DNA of 64,000 nucleotides from positions 9,322,101 through 9,386,100 of the forward strand of contig NC_092677.1 of NCBI RefSeq assembly GCF_964355755.1, in the 5' to 3' direction. This DNA comes from Antedon mediterranea (Eukaryota > Animalia > Echinodermata). Shown here piece by piece: positions 18,685 through 32,700 of the stretch (position 1 is the stretch's first letter; every line of letters begins with the position of its first letter). The notes beneath the pieces are model-generated. The model was given only the letters and a program-made list of their open reading frames with translations. It did not search any database and was not told the DNA's origin. The translations under genes and the position numbers were made by a program.

Positions 18685-20381
18685 TCATTCTCATCTCAAC
18701 ATAATATAATTTCTGAATGTGTTTCGGACTCATTTTATAGTAATAAGGTTCAAGGTACACAAGTATAGATAAAATAAATAGTAATTTACATTGAGTGTAA
18801 TAACAATAATAAAATATTTTTGCAAGACAATTTTATAATACTTCTGTAAATTACATCTAGGCACCTACCGTAATTTAAAACCAATATGGTTTCAATATAT
18901 TCACTCAGTCTCCGGTTTTCGACCCAAATTACATTATACGTATACAGTACTGTAATTTATTATTCAAAGTTTAAATCGACAATATTATTACAATTGCGCA
19001 TGACCAGAACGAAACTTTGGATATAGTCTGACTATGACTATTGACCAATCAGATCACTAGGTTGGTGTACGCAAAGTACCGCCGATTTTCACATCACTTG
19101 CACTGAGCATGGTTCTTCAGATCGTACGTAGGCCTACACAAAAAGGTAATAAAAGTGAGTATTATTATGTACTATACTTATCGTAGAACTACTCTAATCA
19201 TCTACACAATATATTTAATTGATTTATACTTATACAAGCCATAATATATTGTTTCTAATACCTAGGCCTAGGCTATTTGCTAGGCCGCTTTTCCGACTCG
19301 TGTACTTAGCCATCGCCGCTTCTTCAGTATGTAAGTACGCGCTTCCTTAGCTGACCTACACTCTAGCCTAGCTAGCCCTTAGCAAGCTTCGAAATAGTTT
19401 ACAACAACATTCATAGTCACAACCTAATCCTTTAACTGAACAATTAGCATTCGTTCGATCGATAAATAATCAATCAATCGGAAGTAAAGATTAATTTCAT
19501 TTAATAATATTTAATATTTTTAAAAAAGTATGGAAATGAATGTTTGGCACAGCCGGCCTTCCATACGCACCGACACGTCTGCTAAAAACAACACGAAGGA
19601 AACTAGCTGAACAATTTATTGAGAAATAGTTCATTCATCGTTCTTTCCCGTAAATTAAGTGAGTATATTTTCAAATATGAAATGATCCTATAATTTAACT
19701 ATTTAGATAGTACTTTATGTATGTATATTTATATATTTTGTTTTAGAATATAGGGAAATATTACAGGTTATCGCTAGGCCAGCTATTCATGAAGAAAATC
19801 TCATTTTTCATCGTAGATTAACTGGCAATTAGTAGTTAAGCTTAACCTAGAACTATGTGTGGGGTCGTTTCGTCCTAATCAATGCTCTAAGGTTTAGAGA
19901 AAAAAAACAGTGTGTACGTTATTCCTGGGAATATCCAAAAAGTAATTAGTTTCCTGTTAACATAAATATTAATATAATATTTATATAAAATAAATAATAA
20001 AAAAACAAACATTATTATTATAACTAGACATGAAACTCGTCACTTTTTGACGAGTTAGTTTAGTTATCCGCACGACAAACGTGCATGTCATACGATAATA
20101 ATGCCTATCTATATTTAATATAAAAAATGTGAAAGATCTATTATGAAGATAAACAAATAAAGTTTGAAATATAGAATCATAAAATGGATTGCGCAATGCC
20201 TCACTTAATCTATATTAATCATAATATTTATGTAAATTATGAAATCATCATATTCTATCTTTTAAGATTTAATTCATTGTTTCTTTCAGATGTTAAGATA
20301 GTCTTTTTCTATGTATGGTGTGATGTTCTGACTGTTAAAGAAAATTCCAACAATACAAAAGAAAACTAAATAGACTACAAT

Positions 20382-21240
20382 ATGGCATCTTTTCGGAGCT
20401 ATGTGTGGGATCCAATACTAATCATATCACAGATGCTTAGTATGCAGACTGTATTTTATGTTTCTTTAGGATTCTGGTTAATTCTTATTGACAATATCTC
20501 AAGTACAAATAAATCATTAGATCAAATTTTTAATCACCAGGTGAGTTTTCTCTTCCATCTCAATCCATCCACCCCCCAAAAACACCTCCATCCTCTTTTT
20601 CTCTTCTTTCTTCTTGCCTCCCTTTCTTGCCCAACAACATCCATTATAAAATGATGACAGTGGCCATAAATAAACCATTTTTGGGTTATACAATGTGTGT
20701 ATAATAGCGGTACTGTATTTAAAGAGAGGTTACTATTAGCAGTAAAGAGTGGGCACTATTATGTGCTGTTTACTGGATATACCAGTGCACTATCAATTTT
20801 AATACTAACGCTATTTATATCATTTCATTTATTCTCAGTCTTTAGATATAAGTTCAGGGAGTGGAAAAGTAATACTAATAGCTTTTATGCTGAATTCATT
20901 AACAGGGTAAGTAGAAATGTAACAAAGTCAATTATTATTATTTTATACTTGTGTCCATATGTTTGCATTGTTTTATTGTACGATTCTTCTTGTTCTTTTC
21001 AGGGCTGTTAGTTTATGGCTCATTGTACGGCGTTCAAAGCAGTGTTGGGATTTTGCCATAACTGTCCATATAATACATTTACTAGCATGTTGGGTTTACA
21101 ACATTCGCTTTCCATCGACAATGACATGGTGGTTAACAAACATTTCATGTGCAGCATTGATGACAGTCCTTGGAGAGTATTTGTGCATGCGTAGTGAGAT
21201 GAAAGCAATTCCTGTATCAGGTGGAAGAGCTGATTTATGA
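20382..21240 (+). CDS. SYS1: SYS1 Golgi trafficking membrane protein, 3 coding exons
   Basis: Exons 20382-20540, 20839-20906, 21003-21240. Motifs FRSYVWDPILIISQM, IVRRSKQCWDFAITVH, LGEYLCMRSEMKAIP. Confidence 0.95.
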
Positions 21241-21284
21241 CATAAAAAGTACTAAATAGTATTTATAGGTCACTGTTATTCAAC

Positions 21285-21321
21285 CATGGACCTATAAATT
21301 AGAATAATTTATAGGTCCATG
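21285..21321. mobile_element. 37-bp palindromic micro-insertion with 7-bp TSD (1 mismatch), in the SYS1 3' region
   Basis: ATTCAAC|CATGGACCTATAAATTAGAATAATTTATAGGTCCATG|ATCCAAC. Confidence 0.65.
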
Positions 21322-23417
21322 ATCCAACTACCACATTTTATTTGACAGTAATCTCATATTTGGTCATGGAAACACAAATTATAGAAAATGTTCATATTTT
21401 TGACATGGCGACACAATTCTGTGATTCCAAATATTCAATTTAATAAGTGGTATACTGTATTATGAAAATCACCTGTAATTTTAAAATAAATTTGGTAGTT
21501 TTTATGGATTTAGATTTTTCTATTTTAGAAATATATTTTATTCAACAATATTTATCACTGATTTATGTGTTATATGTTAATTGTTAGTCTTGGTGTTTCA
21601 TATTTTTTAGCATCTTAGATGCTGTTACTTGTAAATGAAATATTTATAATAAAATATTTAATAAATGAAACTGTGCATTTCTCTGTGTTGTGCGTGAAAT
21701 ATGCTCTTCTAGTACTTTGGTCTTATTGCTTATTGACATCAGTGATTATTATAACTTTCCCCAAATCTATAGTTATTGATCAGTTCTTTAACATTTTCCA
21801 CCCATCTGATTTTATTTTATTTACCTCAGCATCATAAAAACAATTACATATTCACAGAATTACATATATACTGAAAACAAAGATTGAAAGATCAACACCA
21901 ATACTTTGATTTTATCTAAAGTATAGGTATGATATACCATGCATGCCAAGATGTTTTTTACAATTAAGCAGAATTGCCGTCTAAAGAACCTAGGCTACTA
22001 TGATTCAGATTATTTAAAACATAAATACGCGTCTTTTAATACCACAAATCGGCAGCAAAGTGTCTGTACAGTAGATAGATTGGGAAAATTGAAGCCTATT
22101 ATTAATTTTAAAATTTGTCCGTAGTAAATCTTAACATGGAGGAAAAATGTATATATATTAATGTTGATCACCATGTGTTTGAAAATTTTCTGTGTTGGTC
22201 ACCACATTAAGTGATCAATTCCACACCATCAATTACAGTGGAAATTGCACCCCATTTGTTATCTGTATAGAATTCACAAAGAGAATAAACCAAAAAAACA
22301 GAATCATGTTTAAAAGGAACATTTCTATTTATTCTTTAATCATTATAATTTGTATATTTCGTAAATTTTAATAATATATCACACATCAAGGTGGAATTTT
22401 TGTCTAGCTACTTCAGTTAATATATAATGTATGGCTATTATATTTATTATTGCGTATAAAGTACATCATAGTTTAATAACTAAAATAATCTTCTAAACCA
22501 GTTTCTTTCTATAAACTTATGTATATATAATATATATATATAAAGTACCTTTAAAACCAATAGTAACAATTAAAACATGCGTATCTTCACCAATTGTGAA
22601 AAAAAAACAGATAAAAATAAATTGTTTTTCTAACTATATACATTGAGTTTAAACATTGCACATATGTGAATACTGGCTGGAATAATGATGGCATTGAGGA
22701 AAAGATTGAAACAAAAAATGAATTATCATAAAATGTTTGGTATTTAAAATAAATTTATAAGAAATGCAACTTTTTGTTCAATAAGGCCCTGATAACTTCA
22801 GTAAATACTGTAAGTTATGCAACATACATGCCAATCAATCAAATTGATTCAACAAGGTAAAAATAGAACAATTAAGTTTTCTCTAGTAATGTGATATTTG
22901 ATCAGAAGCGGTGCTCAGGGGCGGATCCGAACAGGACCCAGCCGGCCCGGGTCTCCTAAATTTTGCAAATTGTAATGTAAAATATAGGACATCAAATTAA
23001 GCTCAGCCCTTCATTTCACCATTTTTAGGCCCTGGGACCCCCTATTTTCAAAATCCACTGGAGGTTGGAAACAAAGAAAAATAAAATTAAAATATCATTA
23101 TAATACAAGTTACAGAAAATATCACATTCAATTGTGAAGTGAGCTTGTTGCCCATACATACTGCTTCTGCTTTAGTAAGTTTATCCTGCAAAATGCAGTA
23201 CTGATCAATACTGGTGCCACTCAATTCAGTTCATATTGTAGCTAGGTGGTTAAAAGTGTCTACAATCACAGTAAGAGTACAGTATATTGTTTTGTGCATT
23301 CAACTATGACATAAAAAAAACCAAAATGCATAGTATTGTTTGCATTGTTCACTAGGTAAATACTGTAATGAAAAATACATTCACATTTAGGTTTAGGTGG
23401 TTGAAAAGTATGATATT

Positions 23418-23616
23418 TGTCATATTCGATTGGGAACTTTCCTTGTCAACGTAAAGATTCGTCGAGTACTTTTTGTATTCGAATTGTAAATTTGTGCTCA
23501 ACAGAAAGTCATTCGAATAGAAAACGTTGACAACGAAAGCTTTTTCGTTAAGAACAATCTCAACGCTAAAAATACTCCATTAAAGAACTACTCAACGGTC
23601 CACTCGAATACGACAA
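23418..23616. repeat. Inverted-repeat-bounded element, unclassified
   Basis: TTGTCATATTCGA ... TCGAATACGACAA termini, preceded by TTTAGGTTTAGG. A similar organisation occurs at ~47915-48060. Confidence 0.4.
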
Positions 23617-23744
23617 TTGCATAATGTGCTTTTTGCTTTATCTTCATATATTTCCTTTCCTCGTTTATTTGTTAATCAACTGTATTGCATATTATTATGC
23701 TTTTACAGTATCTTAAAATTTGTTACTTTGTTATTGTACACTCT

Positions 23745-26700
23745 TCATGTGTTGTCTTCATTATCAACTACAATTCCCTCATCTATCTGTTCACCAACTG
23801 TATTGCTGACATCATTTTCTAACCTTTTCTCCTCTGATTCATCCTTTACTTCTTTCTCTTTTACTTCCTCTTTTTCATTCTTCTCTTCTGTATCTTCATT
23901 CTCAACTTGATCTTTTACATTGTTATTTTCTGATTCTTCAGCAACATTTTCATTTCTGTCAGCCTCTTCATTCGTTTTATCCTCATTTTCTTTTTTCAAA
24001 TTATTCTTATATTCTTCCGTTTCACTTTTGGTACCATCACCCTCCACCTCATCATTGTTGGTACCATTTCCAGCTTTGTTTATATCCTCCTTACCAGTAT
24101 CTTCTAACCTGTCCTCATCCTGCTCACTAGTTTCTTTTGATACTTCATAAATTGTCTCTATATGTCGTTCCTCCTCTTCTTCATGTATCACTTCTAATAT
24201 GCTGCCACGTCTTGAATCAATCCATGTTTCACTTGGTATAAGTCGATCAATCTTGAGGTCCTCGTCATCTGTCGTAACACTCTCTTCATCACTTAGTAAA
24301 GCCGGTGATGAGCGAAGGTTTTCCAAATCGTCGTTTTCAACAACATTCTCTTCTTCGTTGACCTTTTCCTCTTCGACCTCTTTTTCAATAACCTTTGCTA
24401 ATGCATCCACTAATTGTTGCTTTATTGCTGACATTAACTCATCCCTGTCATCAACTTGACTTGTCATCATGATTTTGATCTGCTCTCTGCCTTCTTCTGT
24501 CGCCAAGTCCAACGCACTTCGCCCTAGGTCATTGAGAGCATCAATATTAGCATCAAACTGGAGAAGAATTGCGGAGGCTTCCACTTGATTTTTCTCCACT
24601 GCATGCATTAGCGGTGTACTCTGAAAAATAAGTGATTTTAATCTTTCCTTAACGAATGATAGAATCAGTCATCCTAAACACAAAGTGCCTAGGTTGAGTG
24701 TAGAGTAGAGTGTATGAGAGTTGGGTTTAGTTATATAGAGGAGCGAGGTTGATTATTTAGGGTGTACAGTACTAACATGGACTAGTGTTAGGCACGTGTG
24801 GTATGTACTGTATTATATAGCGGTGTGGTACATGTTTATTAGCACCTCAAAGAATATATTAATATGTTTAATTAATACAGTATATAACATAGAAACAATT
24901 GCTTTTACTGTACTAGCAATGATGCACACACCTTCTGTAGATCGTCTCTACAGTTTGGATCAGCCTTTAGTTCTTCCATTAGATAAAAGGTAGTAAGGAC
25001 AGCATTAGAGCTTGCAGCTTTGTGGAGTATTGTTATATTTTCATGTAGATATTTCAGGTCTATGTTGTTGTTCAATAATTGTATTACCTGTAAACAAATG
25101 TTTATAATGTTATAATATAATTCAGAAATCTACCCTGCTATTTAAAACTGTACATCCATCAGAGGTCCCAACGTCTACATTATCAAACTTTTTGTGACAA
25201 AAAATGTGATGTGCCAATATGGACATGATTAAAGTCAAATCACTATCAATTTGGGCACAAATATGATAATGACACACAGAGTTATTCTTTTGCATCTGAA
25301 GTTATAGGAAACAATGAGGATTTCCAGATGTGGCAAAGGTGGATTATTGGGAGGTAAAGTTATTATCAGGAAAGAAATAGGTTATTATCATACTTACTGT
25401 GGCTATATCATCTTTCTCAACAGCAACCCAAACCTGTTGCATTGTGGTTTCTAGTTGGGGTTGTAGTGGGGATCCGGGTGGGGTTCCCGCTTCAATTATC
25501 TCTTGAACTTCTTCGGGTTCCGAGTCCTCGCTCTCTGATAAAGGCTCACATACTGATGGTAATATGAAAATATGATAAGTGCTGGGATCATCCTACTGGT
25601 TTATACCATAGCTCTGTCTACACTATCAAACTTTATGTGATGTGCTCATATATAGACATGATGATGTCATCATATTTCAGCATATCACACTTTTTTTTCA
25701 AACTACTTTTTTTTTCAAACTAGTTTGATAGTGGAGGCAAAGCTTTATATTATTGTCAAGGTCATCATTGACATAATCATTATCATTCTTATCAGGGCCA
25801 TTCACTTGGTATTAATAGACCACAATGTGGTTGTCAGAAGTCTGTCAACAATCAACTAATATGCAATGAATTTACCAGTTTTGAGATAATAAAGTTTTTT
25901 GAATTTTAAATTTGAAATCCGTAATCTGAGCTTTATAAACAATCTATACGCATGAAATTGTAGACCTCTTTAACTTGCCTAGGCTAATTCTATTTCCTTT
26001 CCTTTAAACCACACTCACCATTGTCATCATTCTTCAATTTAAGAACAGATTCATCTAATTCACCACGGGCAACTTGAAGAAACTTCTCCCTGTTTGAAGC
26101 AACTTCCTTCACTTGCTCCTCATTCAATTGTGTTATTCTTCCTTCAACCTCCGGAGCAATGGTGCATTTCGCATTTTCCTCTCGTTTTAGGCTGGCTTCA
26201 ATTAAAAAGCTGGGCTTCCTATATATTTAATCAAAATTTAATGTATTATTTATTAAGTTCAAATAAAATGATGTGAATGTACTGTCAACAACCAGTATAT
26301 TGGATTCCTATCTAAAGTGAATACCTACTACATTTTTATTACTTAATATCTCAGGGATTGGAGAAAAAACAACCACAAAAATTGATAACCAAGTATATTG
26401 TGCCTCTACTGTGTGCTGTGTATTATTTGATGATATTGATGATTTTATAAAATTTAAAATCGTTTTCTTACTTGGATAGGCTGATTAAACTCTGCCGATG
26501 ACCAGACCGACATGGTTTTAACCCTTTCACCATCTTAACCGACGCAAAATGATTCTGAACAATAGTTGATAAGATTGGTCCATTCTCCTCATCTACCAGG
26601 TATTCACAGTTCTTTAAAACTGAATAACCATCTTTGCCTTTTGCTATGTAATCCTTTGTACAGAACCTGTAAACCTATTCAAATTTAAATTGTTATCAGA

Positions 26701-29700
26701 GGTACTGTATTATTTATTTATAGTATATACTTATTCACCTTTTTTTCCCACAAAATTATAACCTCTGTATTTCAGTATGTCAAAATGTCTATGAAAATAT
26801 GGACTACAGTACTATTAAACATATTTGATGTAAAAAGTGCAATGTTATAGTGCCTTAAATTTGTCAAGGAGGCAACACTATCCATCTTACTTCAAGGGGT
26901 TACTCAACTTAATGCTGACAAAAGTACAGTCTCAACTCTTACTGATTACCTTATTTGGAAGTAAACGAGATTCTCCTTCTACACTGACTATTATTGATAA
27001 TGGATCTACTCTCTGACCAGGCAAGCCTGTAGGATCAAAGCCAAACTTCATACCAGCAACCTGAGGGAACCGGCCCTCTTTCTTTGGGTATTGAGAAACG
27101 CTGTTTTCAAGAGCCTGCCATATCTGCATGCCTAGAACATAGAATACACTGGAATTATTTTATACATCATTAGTATATGTGTTCTTATATGCTATAGCAG
27201 ATCTCTTATTTTGGTACACCACTTTTCTGGGGACACCTTTACATAAGAAAAACCTCATTTTTTAAAATACTACAGCCAACCCCCTATTCACTAGCCAAAC
27301 ATACTAAAGCTCTATCAAACTAGTTTACGTGACAAAAAAAGTTTGATAGTGTAGATAAGGTTTAAGGGGACAATTTTATTGAATGCTGAGGATTGGGATT
27401 GTACGTTTAATAACAAACTTATAAAAATTATTAAATACATTTTCAAAAACCCAAAATTTACCTGTAACCTTAAGTACTACGATAGAGTCTATGAGTGGCA
27501 ATATATTCAGTAGGTCTTTTTTCTTAAAATCTCCTTCTGGGTGAAGAGTGTCTGAACGAAATGTTCCAGAGTTTATTAACGACATATCAGCATTCATTGC
27601 TTCTAACATTATGTCAGCTACAAAATTACCTGCATGAAGAAAGAAGTGTTTGTTTGTTTATGATCTGTCAAGCTAGAGATGATGCAGGTACCTGGAGCTA
27701 GTCATTTATACCCACAGGCCCTCTGTCAATGTTGAAAATTACAATACAAAAGATAGAACATGTTTAAGTTCAGCACTTTACAATTGTTAGGCCCTGGGCC
27801 CTCCCTCTCTCCACCACTGATTGTTGCATAAAGGAATCTCAACAAAAACATTTTGAATAACCGAAAAATAAATGTATATAGTCTACCTAAATTAGTTTCT
27901 CGATTCCTAATAGAAGCAAAGCGTCCGTCAAGTTCAACTTCAACATTTCCAAGAGAACATCCTAGTTCTTGAGTCATTTGACCTTAGATATAAACAACAT
28001 GAAACGTTATGTTAAGCATTAACATTGATAATAGCGCCCTATTCATAAAAAGGATGAATGAAACAGGGTTTGAACCCTACTGTATTATATCGGATAACTT
28101 ACGCTGGTATTTTTCTACAATTGCTTTGACCTCTGGGTCCTCCTCAACTTTTGAGTCGACTGTCAGGGATTCTGTCGTTACTTTTACTTCTGGTAACTCA
28201 TAAAAACTAATATTTACTTTAGTTAATTGTCGAAACTCAGTTCCACTCTTGACAATGTATTTATTATTTACCTATAAAGACAGATTTAAGTTAATTTCAC
28301 AAATATATAAAGTTACTAGGTATGGTCAAATAGATTCTGCTCAAACACATCCTTCAAGGACAGCATTTTAAATGCTATCGGGCCTAGAGTGTTATTAGTG
28401 TTTTGATATACTGTAAGGAAACAGTAAATAATTATGTTAAAACAGAAACCAACATTTTTACTTACTAGTTTAACTTCATAATCATGATCGTGACCTCCAA
28501 GTATAAGGTCAATGCTATCAACTTCTTCAGCCAATCGTATATCATTTGGCATTCGCATATGCGTTAGAGCAATTATAAACTCTGCACCCTGTGAAATGTT
28601 AATTTAAAACCTTTTTACATTCTTTAGTTATATATTTGAAAATAACATTAGGGTAGGTAATATTATGATCTCGAGATGGCGCTATGTGTTGGACGTTGGT
28701 GTCTACTGATCGCGAGTTCAAATCCAACGCTCGTCACATTGATAGAATCCTTAGGCAAGACACTTAAAGCCGATTTTCCACTAGGCGAATTTGTTCGCAC
28801 GAATCGAAGGCGTCAGCTAATACGCATGCGTAGAGAAGGATGTGGAAGATGTAAACATGAATACACATGCGTACAAGCTGGCGCTTTCGATTCGCGCGAA
28901 CAAATTCGCCTAGTGGAAAATCAGCTTTACTTTACGTTTTCTTCTCTCCACCCAGGTGTACAAATGAGTACATGGTAAGGTAAAGACTTTGCGTTGATTA
29001 CTAGCTGCATTATTATGGGAGTATGTTTCCATGTTTGATCCAATAAATGACCATAGAAGTTTTACAACATTAGCTGCTTTATAAATCCATTATCATTATT
29101 ACTATATTTTAGTTTATTTAATTCCTCCAACCAACCTGTTCTTTTAATTCAATACACAGTTCTTTTGCTTTTGTTACAAAATCAATGTAAGTTAGGTTTT
29201 CCCTATCTATCGTTGCTAAAGTCACAAGCCATTCCTCTTCTACTAATCCCATAAGTCCAAGCTAAGATGTAAATAAAAACAATACATGGGTTGTCATCAA
29301 AGTTTAGTGTTTCAAGAAATTATAATTTTTTTTTTTTATGATTAATTTATTTTTTAGAATATCTATCAGGATAACCAATTAAGTTGGCCAATTATTAATG
29401 GGGTTCAAAATTAATCTGATAATCCTGTTATAAGTTCAAAAAAATACTATGCCCAAATCACATGCCCGTACCTTTGTACCCCTCCAGTAAAGAATTTCAG
29501 ACACAACACCGTCCGCTAGAGGGCGACCCGTAAAATTATCAATGACATTGCTTAAAAGCCAGGGGAACTCGGTATCCTTTGTAATGTCTTCTAGTTCATC
29601 TATACCAAAATCTACAAAAATATATATATTAAGAAAAGTAAAAATTCAATTTATAGGAAAGGCACATGTACAACGTTTTCTTATAGTTTATTAAGTGTAT

Positions 29701-32700
29701 GTATCTTTTTCTGGTGGGTAAACCTTGAAGTTCTTTGAACTTATTTGCCTACCAGCCATAATACCTCTCTTAAATGTATGATGCTTATTGTCAAACAATT
29801 GTTTCTATGTATATATTTAATAATGTGTGGAAATCAATAAAAACAAACAAACAATAAAAACAATATAGAAGTTCAAACAATACAGATTTAAGAGAAGTTG
29901 GTAGTAGTGTAGCGGAAGAGGAGTTCTTATTGGATACGTACATAAACCAGACCAATACCATATAATCTCTGTTCTTTTCAAATTCAATATATCTTTTGGT
30001 TTATGGTTCTGTGGTACCTAATCGGAACTTACCAAAATCATGATTTCCATAGACAGCAGCTTTGATATGCATAGCATTTAGGATTGGTATCATTTGGGTC
30101 CCTCTTGTCATGCTACTCACTAAAATAAACATCAATATAAACCAAATTTAATTAATTTAATAGCTTTTATTTATTTAGTACCGCTAATCTATCAATTGAT
30201 TAGTGGATTATAGAAAATATAAATATAATTCCTCCAGTAAGAAACTTTTTTCTCCACTTGGATGAATCAAAGATTGTAATAAGAAATATGAAAAACTGTA
30301 AACTGTACTACTAGTACTAGTAGTATTTAATTAGAAATAAATATATTAGATCTAATTTCTATTTCTCTGAAGTTGGTGTTTTAAAATGAAGACAAATACG
30401 CATACTCAGTGAAGGATTTAGTGCATCTCCACTAAAGAATACTGCTGGATGTAAATGCATATACTTCCGAATCATGGTGGCAAAGCGAGCAGCGCCACCA
30501 ACCGGTTCAACATCACGTTGCTCGATGTTGTATACATCGTTGAAGTGAAGGATTGTAATCTCGTGACGTTTGGCATTTGATGTGTACATTGCTTTGATTT
30601 CTGCAGACAAACGTCGACGAGATGATGACTTGCGCAATAATTCACCATCTTCATCTGATTCAAGGCCTTTGTGAAAAAAATGTAATAAATGAATAACTGT
30701 AACAGGTCAAAGTTGTTTTGTATCTGCTTGTACATTTATACATAGTATACATTATGTACACAACTTAAACAGTAACTCAATCCATTTACATAGTTTATAC
30801 CTACAAGAAACATACACTCTACTGATAGGTTTCTGTTTAAACTCATTCTATCCTCTCCTCTCTGTTTTGTATAAGCCCACCCTCTCCAGAGTCTGTAGTC
30901 TCTTCAGTCTGCAGTATTATTTGCCCAGCCCTTATTTTTCATCCTGTAGCCCAGATGACCAGTAATAGGCCCAACCTCTCCAGTTTGTGGTATAAGTCCA
31001 CTTTCTCCAGCATGTGATAATACATGGAAAATTCTTAATTAGTATAGTACAACCTATTGTAAAACAATATGCTAAAAAATTATCTTCAAAAAACGCCACA
31101 CTACGAAGTTAAATGAAGATACCTCCAACGTGGGTAGAAATCAATGAAATTGATTATGACACCAATACAATTCATTATCTTTAATTAATCTAGCAAAATG
31201 TATCTTCCATCATTTTTTCAAAACAATAATTACCCTCACAATGTATTTTTTTTAGTGTTGATCCTATATTACAATAATTCAATATCTCGTTTTCTTCAAT
31301 AAAACATTACAAAAAACAATACAATACTGTTAATGAACGGTGAAATCAAACATAATTGATATTAATATGACCCACAATCAATACAACATGTAAAATTATA
31401 CTTAACAATGTGTTTATTATTAGAACACACAATGATATTAAATTCTTTTGTTGACTAAATAGTGTTATTATTTCAAGATGATTAATTGAATTCTAACATT
31501 AAGCTATTGAGTGATTGATGATCCTCTGTTTGTAATATCATTGCTTAGTGATACGGTACGTTGGATACCAGTGCCAAAATCAATTTTCTTTCTAACTCTA
31601 TTTACACTTTCTTTAGATACCAATAGTGCGGTAAGGTCATAAAACTAATGACTTGCCATAATATATAATTAGTGATTCAAGTTGAGTTATCTTTAAAAGA
31701 TACCATAAGTAATAATAAGATTTGTTAAGCACGTATATTCATCGAAGTGCTCAATGCACTTGTGGAAAACCAAAGGAAACTAATCCATAAACCTAGAAAA
31801 ACTACAAAATCTAGACAAAACTGCATTTGCATTTAATAATAGCAATTTCTAAAACATTTGCATGTTTGTTATTTATACACATCTTTACTATTACAAGCAT
31901 ACAAATGACTGTAAATGTACTTGAAAGGTTTTTAACTACGGTACATTTGAAAAACTGGTATCTTTTCCAGTTGAGTACTTCTATGTATGCTACTTTTGTC
32001 TATTTTCATGATACATGATGGTTAAAAAACAAATTTAATCTATCCCTTTCTTTTAATTAATTTCAATGGAAGTATGTTAATTAATAACAAAATAACAAAA
32101 CTAATACAATAACAAAATCAATAGATTCCAAGTACTTATTATTGACACTACTCTCATATTTTATGACTGCAAATAAAAAATGTTGAGTTTAATTTTAGAA
32201 AATAACAATAGATTTCATATTCAAAATTCAATAATTTTAACTAAATAATGATGCATTATTTAAATAAAATTTAATTGGTTTACCTTTAATTTATTATATA
32301 AATGATCATCGTTCCTAGAAATATATTGAAAATTCCTCTATAAAACTATAGATAGTTAATATTAACAGTTTCAATGGGCTGATGAGAGTAATCAAAATTA
32401 GACAAATGATGAATGGGTAGTAGAATATTTTTGGCAGCACTTAGATTTTGGCCACAGAGTAGAATAGTGATAGATAGTGTACACTACAGGTTGGTTTTCC
32501 AGACATGTAAAACAACATATTTTACAGAATTTACAAAAAGCTGCCATGTACAGTAATAGAACCATTAAATAGAACCTTTACCGTGCTATATCTACTAAAT
32601 ATTAACAAAGTAGGTCCAGTTGCTACCACATAAGATAAGAATTGGTAGTTTATATTTTGGGCTAGTAAAAAGAAAAATTATTTAAGCCCTGAAAAACCAT

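Noticed and set aside
23617-24459. Ser/Phe-rich plus-strand ORFs
   Set aside because: Antisense shadows of the Glu-rich terminal exon of the nucleotidase-ankyrin gene.
30860-31015. Repeats resembling C2H2 zinc-finger linker codons (TGE..) on the minus strand
   Set aside because: No Cys/His spacing or sustained frame; appears to be a decayed short tandem repeat.
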